A stretch of DNA of 64,000 nucleotides from Chrysomallon squamiferum (GCA_012295275.1 CM022670.1:34348001-34412000); one strand, 5' to 3'. Positions 1 through 14,240 are shown, counted from the stretch's first letter. Numbers and translations are program-made. The notes: generated by a model not told the origin, from the sequence alone.

Positions 1-1405
1 ACAGAATGCAAGCAGATCTCCCGGGTTGATGCACGTATTTGAACAGATTAGTTTGTTAACTCTTTAATCGTTGAACCATGAATTTGTTTTGATAACATTG
101 CCGAAATTCCCTCTAGGCGTCAGAAGAAGACGTCATTAATTATTACTTCTCATAACTTTTCGACCGATCTCTTAAATACAGCTTTGATAATACTACAGTA
201 CTGGATTGTTAGCAAAAAAATAAAGTACGTTTTGGATTTTTTTTTTTTTTTTTTTTTTTTTGTGTGTTTGTTTATCTATATATATATATATATAAAACCA
301 GATTTATAACCATTTCTGAAAATACTTAATTTTATTTTTATTTATTTATTTATTAATCTTTTATCATTCTTCCTATTATTTCCCTTTTTCTTTTTTCCTT
401 TATATATTTATTTATTTATTTTTTATTTTCCATCTTCGTATTTTCTTATCTAAATCTTTTGCTGTAAAACAACACTCAGTTCAAACAAAATTGAATTACA
501 CAGAAAATTAATGTTAATCTTTCATTATCCAAGATGCACTATCCAACAAACCAAAAAAAAAAAAAAATTTAATTAATCATTTTCAAAAATACTAATAAAA
601 ATAATCCCGGGTTATACTTTAAAAAAAAATCACTTCCACGATGAAACTCCACACCCGTGAACTCCAAGATGTTTACGCCGAATTCGCCATCATCAACAGT
701 TTAGTGTTGCACTTTTTGCACGGTCAGCTGCACGAGGTTTTGTCTCGTTGCCTCGGTCTCGCCGCACATCGCGCGCTATGTGCGAAACTCTCCGCGGGCC
801 CCGACGCACACCGAGGTCAGCTCTAATCGGGAGAAATTAAGTCCGCAGACATTTCCCACAAACGGAGACGGGAGGGGACTCAGGGGGTGGTCTGTTCTTG
901 CGCGGCCATATTTGACACCCCAGGTCGGAGTTTTAAGATTCATTTCAGTGCAGGCGTCCGGGGGATGTTGAGCAGATCGGAAGAAAACACCCTTGAAATG
1001 AGCGATAATGAAGACGAATGTATCATCATTTTCAGATAACGCGTATTCCCCCTCACTTACTGTTTTGTCCTTTAGCTTCACTGATCCAAGTAACTGATTG
1101 TTGATAGTTGCATTAGTTACTCGGGTCTTGGTAGCATGTGGGTCATGTCATCGATCTGGTGAGTTCGAATCTCCGTAGCTGATCATGTGACCGATAACAA
1201 AAAAAACAAAAAAATAAAAAAAATAAAAATCGCCAAAAAAACAAATAATAATAATAATAAAATCAAAACCAACAATAATAAGTTATCTACTAACTTTCTA
1301 ACTTATAACCAATTGAACGGTTCAAGTTTTGTATCAATAACTTGAACTTTGAGTGAATTTAAGTACAGCCTCCGGCCGATGACATAATCAGTATTTAAGA
1401 AAACA

Positions 1406-1451
<46 letters not shown>

Positions 1452-3439
1452 TGGATAAATTACCTCGTTAAAACCTTGTACTTAAGCCCCCTTGTTCTCA
1501 TATCAAACTAACGAATTTAGCTTGGAGGTGTTTTATTATTTTATTGTGCCAGTCTGAGTATACTGGCTGCTGTGATATGCTACAGTGTAAGTTGCGCAAT
1601 TCAGAAGTGTGGGATTGCCTGCCTAAGTCACTGTTAGGTTGTTAGTTCGTCAGATCAACCCAGCGATAGAATCAGTTTAGCGTCCTTGCTTTTCTGAAAA
1701 TACTACTTTTCAGGGATAGGTCCAAGGCTACTTTGGAGCAACATTTGTAACAAGGATGATGCTATCATATTATTTGATGACATACTGTAGAAGAAATTCG
1801 AGCACCTCTGGCATATAAATACATGCAGCATAATAAACGTTGGCTCAAAGCTGATAGTTCAATCAGTCTGCCATGAATATAAAAGTTGCTTGCTAAGCAA
1901 AAAAGGTGTGTTATATTTTTCAAAATTGTATGTACTAAACAATTTTCCTGAATTATATAAGTTAAGATCAAGACAAGCACACGCGAACTCTCCAGTGATT
2001 GCGTGCTTAACTCGTAGGAACAAAACCAACATGAAAATGATCTTGCAGTGATATCTTGCAATTTAATCCCATCTGAGAAACATAATAGCAAGACACTCTG
2101 CGTAAAGCTGTTATAAGTTACAGTAAAAGCAGATGGAAAGGATTGTTAGTGTATGTAAAAACATTACACGATTAGTTCTCTGCACTGTTTTTAACGGACG
2201 TCATTATAATTTGTACTGTTATGTCTAAAACAAATCACAGATACACCAGAAAATATTAATATTTCATTACAGTATTACAAACTTACCACTGTTAGGTCTT
2301 AATGCCCTATAATTAACGACAAATGGGCGAAATTTCATAGCTAAAAGGATAAAAACCTATCAGTGCATCTGTTATGATGTTACAGTCAATATCACTAGTC
2401 TATCAAAGTCTACGGCACGTGCTTTCCTGCATGTAGGACGATTCACGACAAGAATTTCTTGCTGGTAATGGAAAAAAAAAAAAAAAAGTAACCTATCGCG
2501 ACATTATTATCTTTATGACACTTAAATACAATCAAGATTATGCAACGAATTATCATTCTGTTTAGTTCGTTATCAACTAAAATTAAATATAAACTTTCTT
2601 TTTCATAATTTTCGAAAACATGTGAGAGAAAAATTGTTACTGTAGATCACGCCACTGAGAAAGAAGTATCAGTATTTAAAATGGAGATATCCTTGATTTT
2701 TTTGTTTTGATTTTTTTTTTCCATACCATTATTATTATTATAATATATATTCCCATAGCCGTAAAAGGGTTAAATTTAGTTAATAAGATCATTCGGTGCA
2801 TTGTAAGCTTTTCAGTATATATCTATTTGCGTTTAATATTTCGATCCTGGGGGTGGAGTGCTTTCAAAACTAAAATGACACGTCTAAATATTCTTGAAAT
2901 ATGAAACGCTGTAGGAGTTAGCTACTGTACTGAAACATTTACACATACACTCTTAATCTATGTTTAATTACAGTAATGAGAAAGATCAAGTATATCGTGT
3001 TTGTAGTTTACATAAAAATAATGATTTACTGCATTCTATTTTTTTATTTTTTTTATTTTTTAAAATATTTTATATCTTTTTCTATTTTTTAGTTCAGATA
3101 TTTTAAAAATATATCCATATAATATACACACACTTATTTTTTTTACATATTCTGCCTATTTACATAAATACGTATATACACAGACATATAAACATTGTCT
3201 ATCTCTCCGACATTTACCCACTAATATAATTATTATTATATGCCTACATTCGCATGCACGCGCACACACATACATACACGTACAAACACATGCATAACAC
3301 ATAAAATACATCTACTTATGAACACATTTTTAAAAATGTTCTATCGATACTTATATATCCCTCTTCCTTCTCCAACATAATTCTGTCAAAATTAAAACGT
3401 ACGGTGGGTACCATGTTGCTCTTACAACTATTTATTTTG

Positions 3440-3740
3440 CTAATGATGGTGAAGTTGGCGGTGTCGGTGACTGTAGCGATGATGTTAATCATGATGTCGA
3501 CGATACGTGATGGCGACAGCAACGACATTTACACGAAAACGATGATGTAGCGATAACAGTCGTGCTGGTGTTACTGAAGTCTCAAAATACGACGATGAAA
3601 ATGAGGATGAGGATGATGATGATGATGATGATTGTGCTGATGATGGCGATGATGAAGAAGAAAAAGAAGATGATGATGGCGATGATGAAGAAGAAAAAGA
3701 AAAAGATGATAATGATGATAATAGTGATGATGATGATATC
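3440..3740. repeat. Degenerate (GAT/GAA)n trinucleotide region
   Basis: GAT/GAA runs with an internal duplicated unit GATGATGGCGATGATGAAGAAGAAAAAGAA. Confidence 0.85.
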
Positions 3741-4863
3741 CGATCACCACATACGAAACAAAAGTTATTATTTTTACGTATGCTGTATTAACGTATACGA
3801 TGTACAATATTTTATATTTGTACTTACGAAGTGGTGTTAACCCAAGCAGACGGCGAGTGCTGATATAATTCAAAACATCAGAAGTGAAAACCTCTTCTGA
3901 CGCCACCAGCTTTATCTACAGATGTTCACTTCAATAAAGGAGGCAAAAGAAACCCAGCAGGGACGGGATTCCGGCTCCCCGGGGGTAGCTGTCGTCACTT
4001 AATCATTACACACGCACCCTCTTTCTAGTGATGCTATCTCGGGTCGCTTTCATCGTGTTTCCAGCTAATAAGCTAATTTCGCCCTCGACAGACGTTCAGT
4101 GTCTCCTGGGCGCGAAGAGAGGGCGAAGTTATGAGGCAGATACACAGAGAAATATAATAAATTAACACAAGAGTGTCGGTTAATAAAAGAGAAAATTTAA
4201 TTTATGGCTAGGTTAAGTGAGGTTTCAACAACAGATCTGTGTATCAGATGGTTGTTGGGTCTGTAGAGCATATGTTACATTCGAGTAGTGTCTACAGCGT
4301 CTGATAGGAGTATCTGGTATTAAACAGTGGTACGTGCTGTCATTCTGAATCACACAAGTCAAATTACAGAAATCTTTCTACATCTGATTATACCGTAAAT
4401 ATTAAAATTTCAGTATATAATCGAGCATTTCGAAGGTCTTTATATAAAACGGATTATAATTACAAACTGTTGCTGATAAAAGGTGACTGAGTTAATTTTT
4501 CGGATGCTTAAGCAGGATTTATAAAGGTTATTAAATGGGAAAAATGAGATCAAGGAAAAGTAATATACAAATAAATGAATTAAATGTAATGAAATAATTT
4601 GAATAACTGAATATTTAGGAAACCACAATACATTTTGATAATTTTTAGATATTAATCATGCTTATCATTTTTGATAACTAGTTATAACTAGAGGTTATGA
4701 TAAACCTTTTGGAATGGGAAATAACCAAAGGTCTGTTTACGCATTCATATATATATATATATATATATATATGCATGTATGTATGTATGTATATATGTAC
4801 GTACGTGTGTACTGTATAGATGACTTCTTTTCTTTCACTTTTGCCTTTTTTTTCTTCTTCTTC

Positions 4864-4894
<31 letters not shown>

Positions 4895-5983
4895 TACTAT
4901 TTTCTCCTTTTCACCCATAAAATTGTTAAAACTGTACATCCCCAGTAAACACAAACATCTTCAACGTATTTTGGCCGACGGATTCGCTACTGTTGCCAAA
5001 AACATTCAGTTCATATTTTAGTTCCCGGGTGATGCTCTGCATATACAGAATGTTAAGTTAATGTTACACTGAAGCTTTATCTCTTGTCCATAATTCTTTT
5101 TTTTTTTTCTCTTTCTCTCACCACCCGACCAGGAATGTTACACAAATTGGCAATGCACGCGGGTGCAAACACGCAATTACTCGCGCGCTATTGGCGAGGG
5201 TGAACGAAGATGCGGCCATTCTGGCGCAGTGCCTGCACGTGTTGTGCGTGCAAGAACAAATGGTCTTGATGGGATTCGGAGACTGGCGCGTTGATGGCCA
5301 ACAGTGGATTGATAATGAGAGTCTCTCGTTATCCGCGCTTTGGTGGCCAAAGTCTGTGGCTTCTATCTTAATGGAAGGATGACAAAAATGCTGTTTTGCA
5401 GAAATAAAACACAGCGCCAGTGATAAACCAGTAAATGGTTTAATTAACTGTAACATTCTAGAAGAATTTCCCCAACTGGGTGGCTAGGGTTAGGTGAAAA
5501 AGGGCATCTCTGTAACAAATACTTGATCTTTGCAGAAAAAAAAAAAAAAAAAAAAAAAATGTATTATCAAGTGAAGTTAAACAGAAACTAGATAATAATA
5601 ATATTATATGTGCCGACCCGACCTTTGGGTTATTTGTGTGTTTTTTTGTTCCCACCCAACCTTTTTTTGTGGGGGAGGGGGATGGATCTGGGGTTTTTGA
5701 TCCAGTGTAATTTTATTGTCGATTGTTTTTATATTTGTTTGACTTATTGTTTTGCTGGGTTTTTTCAGATGATAATTATTTTAATTATAAAAGTTATATT
5801 CATTACAATGATGGTGTCCTCTTTTATACAGAAAGTCTAAAATCGTCTAGAACCATTCACTTGAATGGTTAAGAAATCAGATTTCTAAAACGTATCATTT
5901 GTTCTCAACTTCCAATTTTTATGACTCAGTCTACTTAAATTTTGAATAATATACCGATATCTTTCAGGAAAATAGAAAATATG

Positions 5984-6015
<32 letters not shown>

Positions 6016-6499
6016 ATATAATCAAATAAAATAAAATAACATGTGCTTAATAAAAATTAAGTCGCTGATTTAATCTGGTTAAAAATTACGAATTACGACG
6101 GGTAAAAGATAAACGGACCTTCCATAAAATGACAGCCATATGAAGAAAGCCTTTAATAAATCAGATAACGTGCACTGATTGGAACGGGAAATTATTTAAC
6201 TTGTGCACCGAAGTGGATGTATATCTGTCGTCAGGCCTTGAGGAAACGAATGTGTACTAGAATATAAGTTGGTACGGATAAATGTAGACCTGTATGTAGA
6301 CATGTTTGTTCACTCAGTCTTTGAAGTAAATATTTCATTGTTTATCTTACCAATAAAAGAATTAAAAAAAAAAAAAAAAAAAAATGAAGGTAATAATTAA
6401 TGTAGCTTTAATATTTGTCCATAACGAGTGATTAATTAAATGATTATTATTTTACAGCCGAGCAACGAGTTTTGATGAGCGTTATACAATGCCCTATCA

Positions 6500-7167
6500 A
6501 GCTGCTGTTATTCGTTAATTGATTCAGGTGAACACCCAAACACGTCATAACGGCTGAAGTGATTGGGTTGTTATTGCTTCAAGTATTCACCCCGTTTACA
6601 AGCAGTTTGCTACCTGATTGGGTCCGTTTCTGCATGTGTGAGCATGTCTGGACAATGCATATTCTGAAAAGCATGTGGTTTTGTTATGCGCAACAGCCTC
6701 CACTCTGGCAAGGGACCGCGCAGGTTGGCGTTCTATTACAGGAGTGGGAACACACACTCACTGGAAGTTTGTCGTTAAAGCGGGAAAGTGTTTCGCTTGT
6801 CTGTCCCCTTCGCCTCGTTTTACTGGGAAATATCCTCGCGTCGTGCCGTCTGGGTAGCACTTCTTCTCAGCGACAGCAACCGCCAAAGGGGTAACGAGAG
6901 AGAGAAAGAAAAAAAAAAAAAAAAAAAAATCTAAATCGTATCTGATTCGTCAACCGGATAAAAATATTTATAGAAAAAAAAAATTGGGACAGTCCCGATA
7001 AGTTGCAGGTACAAATGTCGGCTGTACGGACGTAATACGGGAGGTCAGTGTAGGTTTTTGTGAACGTTGATCATCATCGTGTCTTTTCGTGTGTTCAGGG
7101 ATATTACGGGAATATGTTCCGAATTTCCAGATACAAATTATCCTGACCACATCGGGTGTTGAGCGCC
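6500..7167 (+). promoter_or_regulatory. CpG-rich promoter / 5'UTR region of the Ig-domain gene
   Basis: CpG-retaining, relatively GC-rich block directly upstream of a Kozak ATG (7168). It contains two reverse CCAAT boxes (ATTGG at 6562-6566 and 6617-6621) and a CRE-like CACGTCA at 6541-6547. The TSS cannot be located from sequence alone. Confidence 0.55.
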
Positions 7168-7240
7168 ATGGATCTGTACCGCCTGTTAAGGTCGAGTTTG
7201 TTTGGAGTACTTATTTTCTTGGTGTCGCACGGAATCTCAG
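7168..7240 (+). CDS. Coding exon 1 of a spliced Ig-superfamily gene: signal peptide MDLYRLLRSSLFGVLIFLVSHGIS
   Basis: Strong Kozak context gcgccATGG. Basic n-region, hydrophobic core LFGVLIFLV and small residues at the end. Ends CAG|GTGAGT in phase 1, and G+AT gives Asp in frame with the exon at 35165. Confidence 0.8.
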
Positions 7241-8049
7241 GTGAGTTGTGTGTCTCGTACTGTCACTGCACGCAGGTGACAGAGACCGCCAGCGAGCGCG
7301 TGTGTTGGTTCAGTCAGCCTGGTAGTAAAACACGTCTCTTCTCCACGCGAAAGACGTCGAATTAACGTTGATTGAAATTGTCGTTTAGAAATTAGTGTGT
7401 GTTTGATTAAAACGTACGTTCTGTTCACACAGTTGGATCGATTATTTTTCACCTGTGTCCTAGAGAGGGACAAAAAAAAAAAAAAAAAAAAAAGTAAACA
7501 AAATAGGCCCTATTTAAAATAACAATAAGATAACCACACCTTTTGGTATAATTGTTAAAGAAATGATAATGTTGATTCAGAATTTAGGTATTTAACCCAA
7601 CACTTTATTATATAATCTTTATTCTTCAATATCTTGTTGTGAGGAAAATAAATTTAGTCTTTAATACATACATTTTATATTTTTAACTAAAATGTTATAA
7701 AGAAATTGTATATTGCAAAATAGTTTTGGTCAGGTATAATTACATACAAACCTGAAATTAGAAATTATGTCATAAACCAATAAAAAAATATATATTTTCT
7801 TCTGAAATAAATTTATCCACAGAGAAATGGTAGAGAATTGGTTCCATTTTTCCTTCATCTATGTGTTTGTATTACTCAACAGCTAGTGTTAAAGTTTGAT
7901 AAAGTTATGTAACTATGTAATCACAGTATTTGATGTGTAGATAAATTTACACACATACTATCAATCTTTCCATCTATCTTTCTATAAGCACACCACAAAT
8001 ATTTTGTTTTACACAATTCTAAAATGTTATCTAATTCCATAGGAATTGC

Positions 8050-8510
8050 CATGACTACTACTACTACTATTACAGCCACCAACACAACACACTATTACCA
8101 ATGATATATTTACCACTATTACCAGTAATGTATTTACCACAAATTACTACTACTATTACTCCTACTACTGCTACTACTACAACTACTTCTATTATTAATA
8201 TCACCATCATTACTGCTACTATTACCACTACTGTTACTATCACTATTACTATTATCATCACTGTTATTACCAATACTGTTACCATCATTAATGACTCTTA
8301 AATACTATTGTTACTATTACTACTGTTGCTATCAATACTTGTAATACTGCTACCCTTATCACACTACTACTACTATACAGTTACTATTATTACTATTATT
8401 ATTATTACAACTGTTACTATTACTATTACTGTTACTTCTGCTACTACTGTTACTGTTACTACTGCTACTACTGCAATGGCTGTTGTTGCTACTACTACTG
8501 GTAGTAGTAT
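8050..8510. repeat. Degenerate (TAC/TAT)n trinucleotide region
   Basis: ACT/ATT triplet periodicity over about 450 bp. Confidence 0.85.
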
Positions 8511-11295
8511 TTCAAAAGGTCTGCATTACCTCTCGTGGTGTATTTTTAGACACTGACAAATAGGTATACTGAATACACAAGACTGGGTGATATCAAACAA
8601 TACATACTTCAAACACTGTTAACATGCTTTTGAGATTTGTACATGTAACACTGGTGTTCCCATAACCCACGTGACCCCACTTTGACCCCACTGTCATTAT
8701 CATTGTGAAAAATTTTGTTATAATTTTCAGCTAGGTAGTTCAGTACTCGTACTATGAAAAGTTGTAAGGAAAAAACGAAAAGGAAAAATAAGAAACAAGA
8801 TTTTTGTAATTTAGAATTTTAGTTAATTGAAAATTTAATCAGCAATAACTGATATTAAAAAATAAGTAATTATTTATTTATTATATATATAGATATATAT
8901 ATATACTTATTTGTATCAGTGCATTAGCCATGATTAGGGTTACAAATTTATATGAACAAATATCTTAAGTTAGTGTAAGGTTATTTGAAATAAAAGCCTA
9001 ATTAATTCCCATCCTTAGAATAAAAACAAAAATTAAAATATCATTCAAAATACTTGTTTCTCTTTTTAACATTTTCAGAAAAATCACTGTAAGGTACCTT
9101 TAAACAGATCCCTAGCATTTAGATAATAAATAGGTGATTATGAGTCAGTGTAGTATACTTAGTACTGTATATGGCATGTAGTAATATATAATAAAAACTA
9201 AATATTGGTTGTGATTCTTCAGTTATCTATAATTATTAATTTAGATTCTTATTTTTTATTTATTGGTAAACTTCCACCAGATCTTTGTGCCAGTTCTGAA
9301 TTCATGTTGCCTTTGTGTCCATTCTTTGATAAACTCCTCTGGTTCTTGATGCTGTTACCCCAGTCTGTATTACATTTTTCTGGAGACTGGGTTAAAGCAG
9401 TTTAAAGGGAGAGACAGTACTGTAACACAGAGGAGTTGAGCAAATAAAACCTTCCAAGAAACTTTTATTAAAATGATCAAAAGGATATTTTAAAAAAAAA
9501 AATGGCTTTCAGGCTCATTTGGTATCAAAGTTGTGTTTGGAATGGTTTCTCTGTTGAATTTGTGGAGCCTTTAAAAATGTAATTTTAATATCATTAAGAA
9601 AGATAAATGTAGAAAAAAAAAAAAAAAAACAGGGTGTTTCTTTCCTTTCCTTTTATCCTGTTTCTGTTTAAAACTGTGAACTTTGTTTAAGAAAACAAAT
9701 AAATAAATAAATAAGCAGTAAATTTCATTATATCCTGTTTAGATGGAGTTTTCATTTTTTTGTTTTTTTATGGTAATGGTGCATATATTCTGTGGGAATA
9801 AGAAGTGTGCCAAATATGTCATAACACCTTTAATACGTGTTTACCACAGGTAAGTCCATATTCATACGTTGTGTATCAGATGTCAAGAGAAACAAGAAGA
9901 AAACAAAACCCAGTGAATTTCATTTAACTCGGCATACTAAATCTTTGACCTTTTACGAGCTATTAAAGGATTAAATATAATCTCAACAGATTAAAATTAC
10001 ATATTTACTGCAGTTATATGCATGTATTAATTTTAAATTTGTTTATAATTATTGGTTCTTGAGCATATATATGTAAATACTTTATTCACTAAATCTGTTA
10101 TTTTTACAAGAAGTTTATGAAAGGTTATGGTATGTGCTGTTCTGTCACTGGTGAATGATTTTGGAAATCAATAACCCACTAGAAAGCAGTGATGGTTTAG
10201 TTTCCTGATTGTTGACTAATATGTTTAATTCTGTTATTAGTTTAACATTCTTAACTGGTTTAAACAAATAATTAAAATTTGCTTAATAGAATTTAAAATA
10301 TTATTTAAAACATTAATTACAGCATTGCATACAATCATCCATATATTACATAGTTGTATATAAACAAATATGTCATATATATATATATGTGACACAAACA
10401 CATATGTATATATACACATATATGTATATATACTGACACAGGCACAAACAAATACACACATAAACAATTTTATATAGTTTTAAAATGTATATCGCTCTGA
10501 ACACAGAAACCATGACACTTTTAAGACCATATAAACCATATTACAGACGACAGGTAACAAACATGCATGGCTGTATATATATATATACATATTATAGAGA
10601 GAGAGAGAGAATACACCATAGCTGTATACCACACAGTGACATACAAAGTTTGATGAATACATCACTGTCAGAGCACTGTGTCTATAGGACCCACTTGTTC
10701 AGCGAGTGCACCTTCTGACAGTAGGTGATCTCAAAACTATTGTCATTAAAAACAGGTAAGTGCTGTGACCTGTTTCAACTCACTGATGTTGTCTTGTCTC
10801 TTCTGCCACTGGCCTCGTCAACTGACGGGAGGGAGGGAGGTTGGGGAGGGAGGGAGCGGAGGGAGTGTACGACGGGGGGGAGGAATTATTTTTAAAACAC
10901 AAAGGTTGGAGTTAAACAGTACTTTGGGTAAATGTGTTTGTGTACATGTACAATGAGGCTGTCGTCTTGTGTGATTGTCTACATGGAAGTGTTCACGTAC
11001 TTGGTCTTGTTTTTTTTTTTTTCCCGGTTGTTTTTTTAATGATCTTGTGTGGTACTACTGTTAGTTTTACCTTACCTGACATGTGTGTCTACCTTATATG
11101 TTAACAGTTTTATTAATACTGTATGTGTGTGTGTGTTTGTTTGTGTGTCTGTCTGGGTTACTACTGTAAGTGATGCCCTTGGAACATTAACAGTTTTATA
11201 AATAAAGTTTTTTTTTGCGTGGCTGTTTTGCTACTGTTAGTGTAAACTCTTCTGACATGCCTAGCCCCCCCTACCTGTTAAGTTTTATTAAACTC

Positions 11296-11357
<62 letters not shown>

Positions 11358-12570
11358 CTCTAAATGTTAACAGTTTTATAAATATGGAGTTGTGTGCATA
11401 TGTGTGTTTAATTTTATGTTTAGGTTTTGCAGAGCTTAAATTGAAAGTTATATATTTTATGTACATTAATGTTCAACACAAAATGATAATAGTAAAATAA
11501 CAATAATTAGAAAAAGAACAACAATTATAATACATTTGCATTGACAACAGCAATAATAGGCACTACATTTGTGTTATATTATTTTACATTTATATTTTTT
11601 TTATAAACAGAAGCAAGACTTACAATTTCACCTATGTATGTTTATAATTACAGTCTACACTATTCAGAAATGTAATGTATTTTAAGTGCATAATAATTAT
11701 TTAAAATGATACCATACTTTATACCCAGTGATATATATATGTCATTTGACATTATTAAACCTTCTTGTTTTCTCATAACTAAGAAGTTAATAATAAAATA
11801 TTTGAGTATTTCAGTAGACTTTGAAATGCGTTTTTCAGTAAATAATAATAATAATATTATAGTTTTTATATATATATATTTAGAATTTGAACTTATTTCA
11901 TTCTTTTTTCCTCCTTATTAGAAATATTATAGTTCAATGTTTCCCTATTTCACATGTTTGTTTATTTAATTTTTTTATTGCTTAATATAGTTATCTCAAA
12001 ACCTGTCATTGTATTGAATATAATTATGTTGATATTTGGCATTTGAACTTACTTAACTCTTTCAGTTTCCTGCTTTAGGAAGTTTTCAATAAAATATTTT
12101 TATGTGTTTCAACAGGTCCTGAGTTTAATGTTCATCTTTGTTTTTGTGTATGCAGCTGTTGCCATTTGTACTTTTAGGAAACACTGAATGAGAAAAACAG
12201 AAAAATTTCTATTAATTCAATTTAATATTGATTATTGTATATTTAAAACATTTTTTTTTTATATAATTATTAAAGTGATCAGAAACAATAATTATTCACT
12301 TAGACTGAGCTGCTATTCGTTCAATTTATAATCTAAATATGGTTGCTGATGCTGAATCTTTCATTATCAGCTATTGTTTACATAATAATGTGGTGTTTTC
12401 AAAACTTTGATATTTTTCCAAAATTGACTCAATGAGTTTTTGGTTTCCTTGTTATAATTGAATTTGAGCAGTGTGAGTTTCAGATAAATAAATAAGTCAT
12501 AAAGAAAATAATTGTATTGTATGTGTTTTTAATATGTAAATGAGACCCAGAAAATGTTATTTTTAGTAGC

Positions 12571-12572
<2 letters not shown>

Positions 12573-12608
<36 letters not shown>

Positions 12609-12714
12609 TTTTATTATTATCATTATTATTATTTATCATCATTATTTATTATTATTATTATTATTGTTTTATTATTGTTATTTATTATTATTTATTATTA
12701 TTATTATTTATTTA

Positions 12715-12746
<32 letters not shown>

Positions 12747-13092
12747 TTAATATTATTTTACTATTAATGTAATAAAACTATAAAAATGCTGTTATGAGAC
12801 ACGTGTGATGTACTGTAAAACAGACCCTGTGATGCTCTGTGGCAGAGATCATGCTGGGGGTGAGGGTGTGTTTATCATGTGTTGATGGTGACATTGTTGT
12901 TGAAGCTGGACTGATCAAACATGTAACACTATACACTGTACCACGTCATTGCCACTTTGTCTAACCCCATATACATTTACAGCACAAAATATCTCTGTTT
13001 TTTATTATTATTAGAGATTGTTGTCATTTATTCTTTTATTTATTATTTATTTTTTATTAAATTTATTTTATTTATTTCATTTATTTCATTTT

Positions 13093-13139
<47 letters not shown>

Positions 13140-13713
13140 TATTTATTTATTATTTTTTATTTATTTATTTATTTATTTATTTTAATTTTCTTTATTTTTT
13201 AATTGTTTTTTTCTAAATTTATTGTTATTTTATAATAGAATTTATAATTATAGTAAAATTAATTTTATTTTTTGATTGTGGAATGATAAATTTTATATCA
13301 TATGAACTGGCCTTCCTATTATTTATTTATCTATCTTTATATGTTTGTTTAGTGCTTCCATACTCTCTGTTTTTATTTTGTTTTATTTTAACTGGTTTTT
13401 TTGGTTAATTTATTGCATATCATTACAACAGGCATATAAATTGTTTTTGTCACTTAACCTTTTGCTTCTGAATCTTATTTTTTGCTCTAGTTTTAAATTT
13501 ATGTTTTTATTATGCTAATTTGTCAATAATTATATATCAGTTATCTATTTATATGTAGACATGTATGCAGTTTGTCGTGTGTAACTGGCCTACTTTAAAT
13601 ATAAATATTTATGTATTTGTTATGTAAATACTTACTGTACACAGATTTTAACTATTTACATACTTACTTATTTATTCTGTTTACTTTTATTTATTTTGTT
13701 TTATTTCCTTTTA

Positions 13714-13749
<36 letters not shown>

Positions 13750-13855
13750 ATTTTATTTTATTTTATTTTATTTTATTTTATTTTATTTTATTTTATTTTA
13801 TTTTATTTTTATTTTATTTATTTTATTTATTTATTTTTTTTTTTTTTTTTTTTTG
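12573..13855. repeat. Cluster of AT-rich microsatellites: (TAT)n, (TATT)n, (TTTTA)n
   Basis: Visible at 12573-12770, 13040-13200 and 13700-13855. Confidence 0.9.
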
Positions 13856-14006
13856 TAAGTGTCACAATTAATATTTTAAAACTTATTAACATTCCCAAAA
13901 ACTTGTTACAATAAATGAAACTGTCTGATAACAAAGAATATTTAATAATTCTTTTGTCCTTTAATCAGAATTGACTCATAACTAAAACATTATTATATAT
14001 TTCAGA

Positions 14007-14055
<49 letters not shown>

Positions 14056-14233
14056 AGTTTTTGTAGATAGGATTATATATTCTAAACACATTTTAAATTT
14101 CTTTTTTCTTTATATTAGTTTTTATAATATTTTCTGTTCATGAAATTTGTTTCTTTAATTTTACCTGTCTAATCAAAATCAGACCAAAAATTCTCATAAT
14201 ATCATACAAACATAAATATAAACACAAATATAA

Positions 14234-14240
<7 letters not shown>

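Noticed and set aside
641-1081. Overlapping short ORFs in a GC-rich block
   Set aside because: No domain or splice support; better explained as CpG-rich non-coding regulatory DNA. The same applies to 5118-5456 and 6559-6894.
3546-3906. Acidic (D/E-rich), poly-Met and poly-His reading frames
   Set aside because: Degenerate GAT/GAA microsatellite with frame breaks upstream, no splice support and no domain.
10118-10150. AAAGGTTATGGTATGTGCTGTTCTGTC (and a similar stretch near 4315-4345) resembling the Nin/Deu SINE core
   Set aside because: Too short and degenerate to annotate without an alignment.
10651-10718. TGATGA...CTGA as a box C/D snoRNA
   Set aside because: No terminal stem, no convincing C'/D' boxes and no recognisable rRNA guide.
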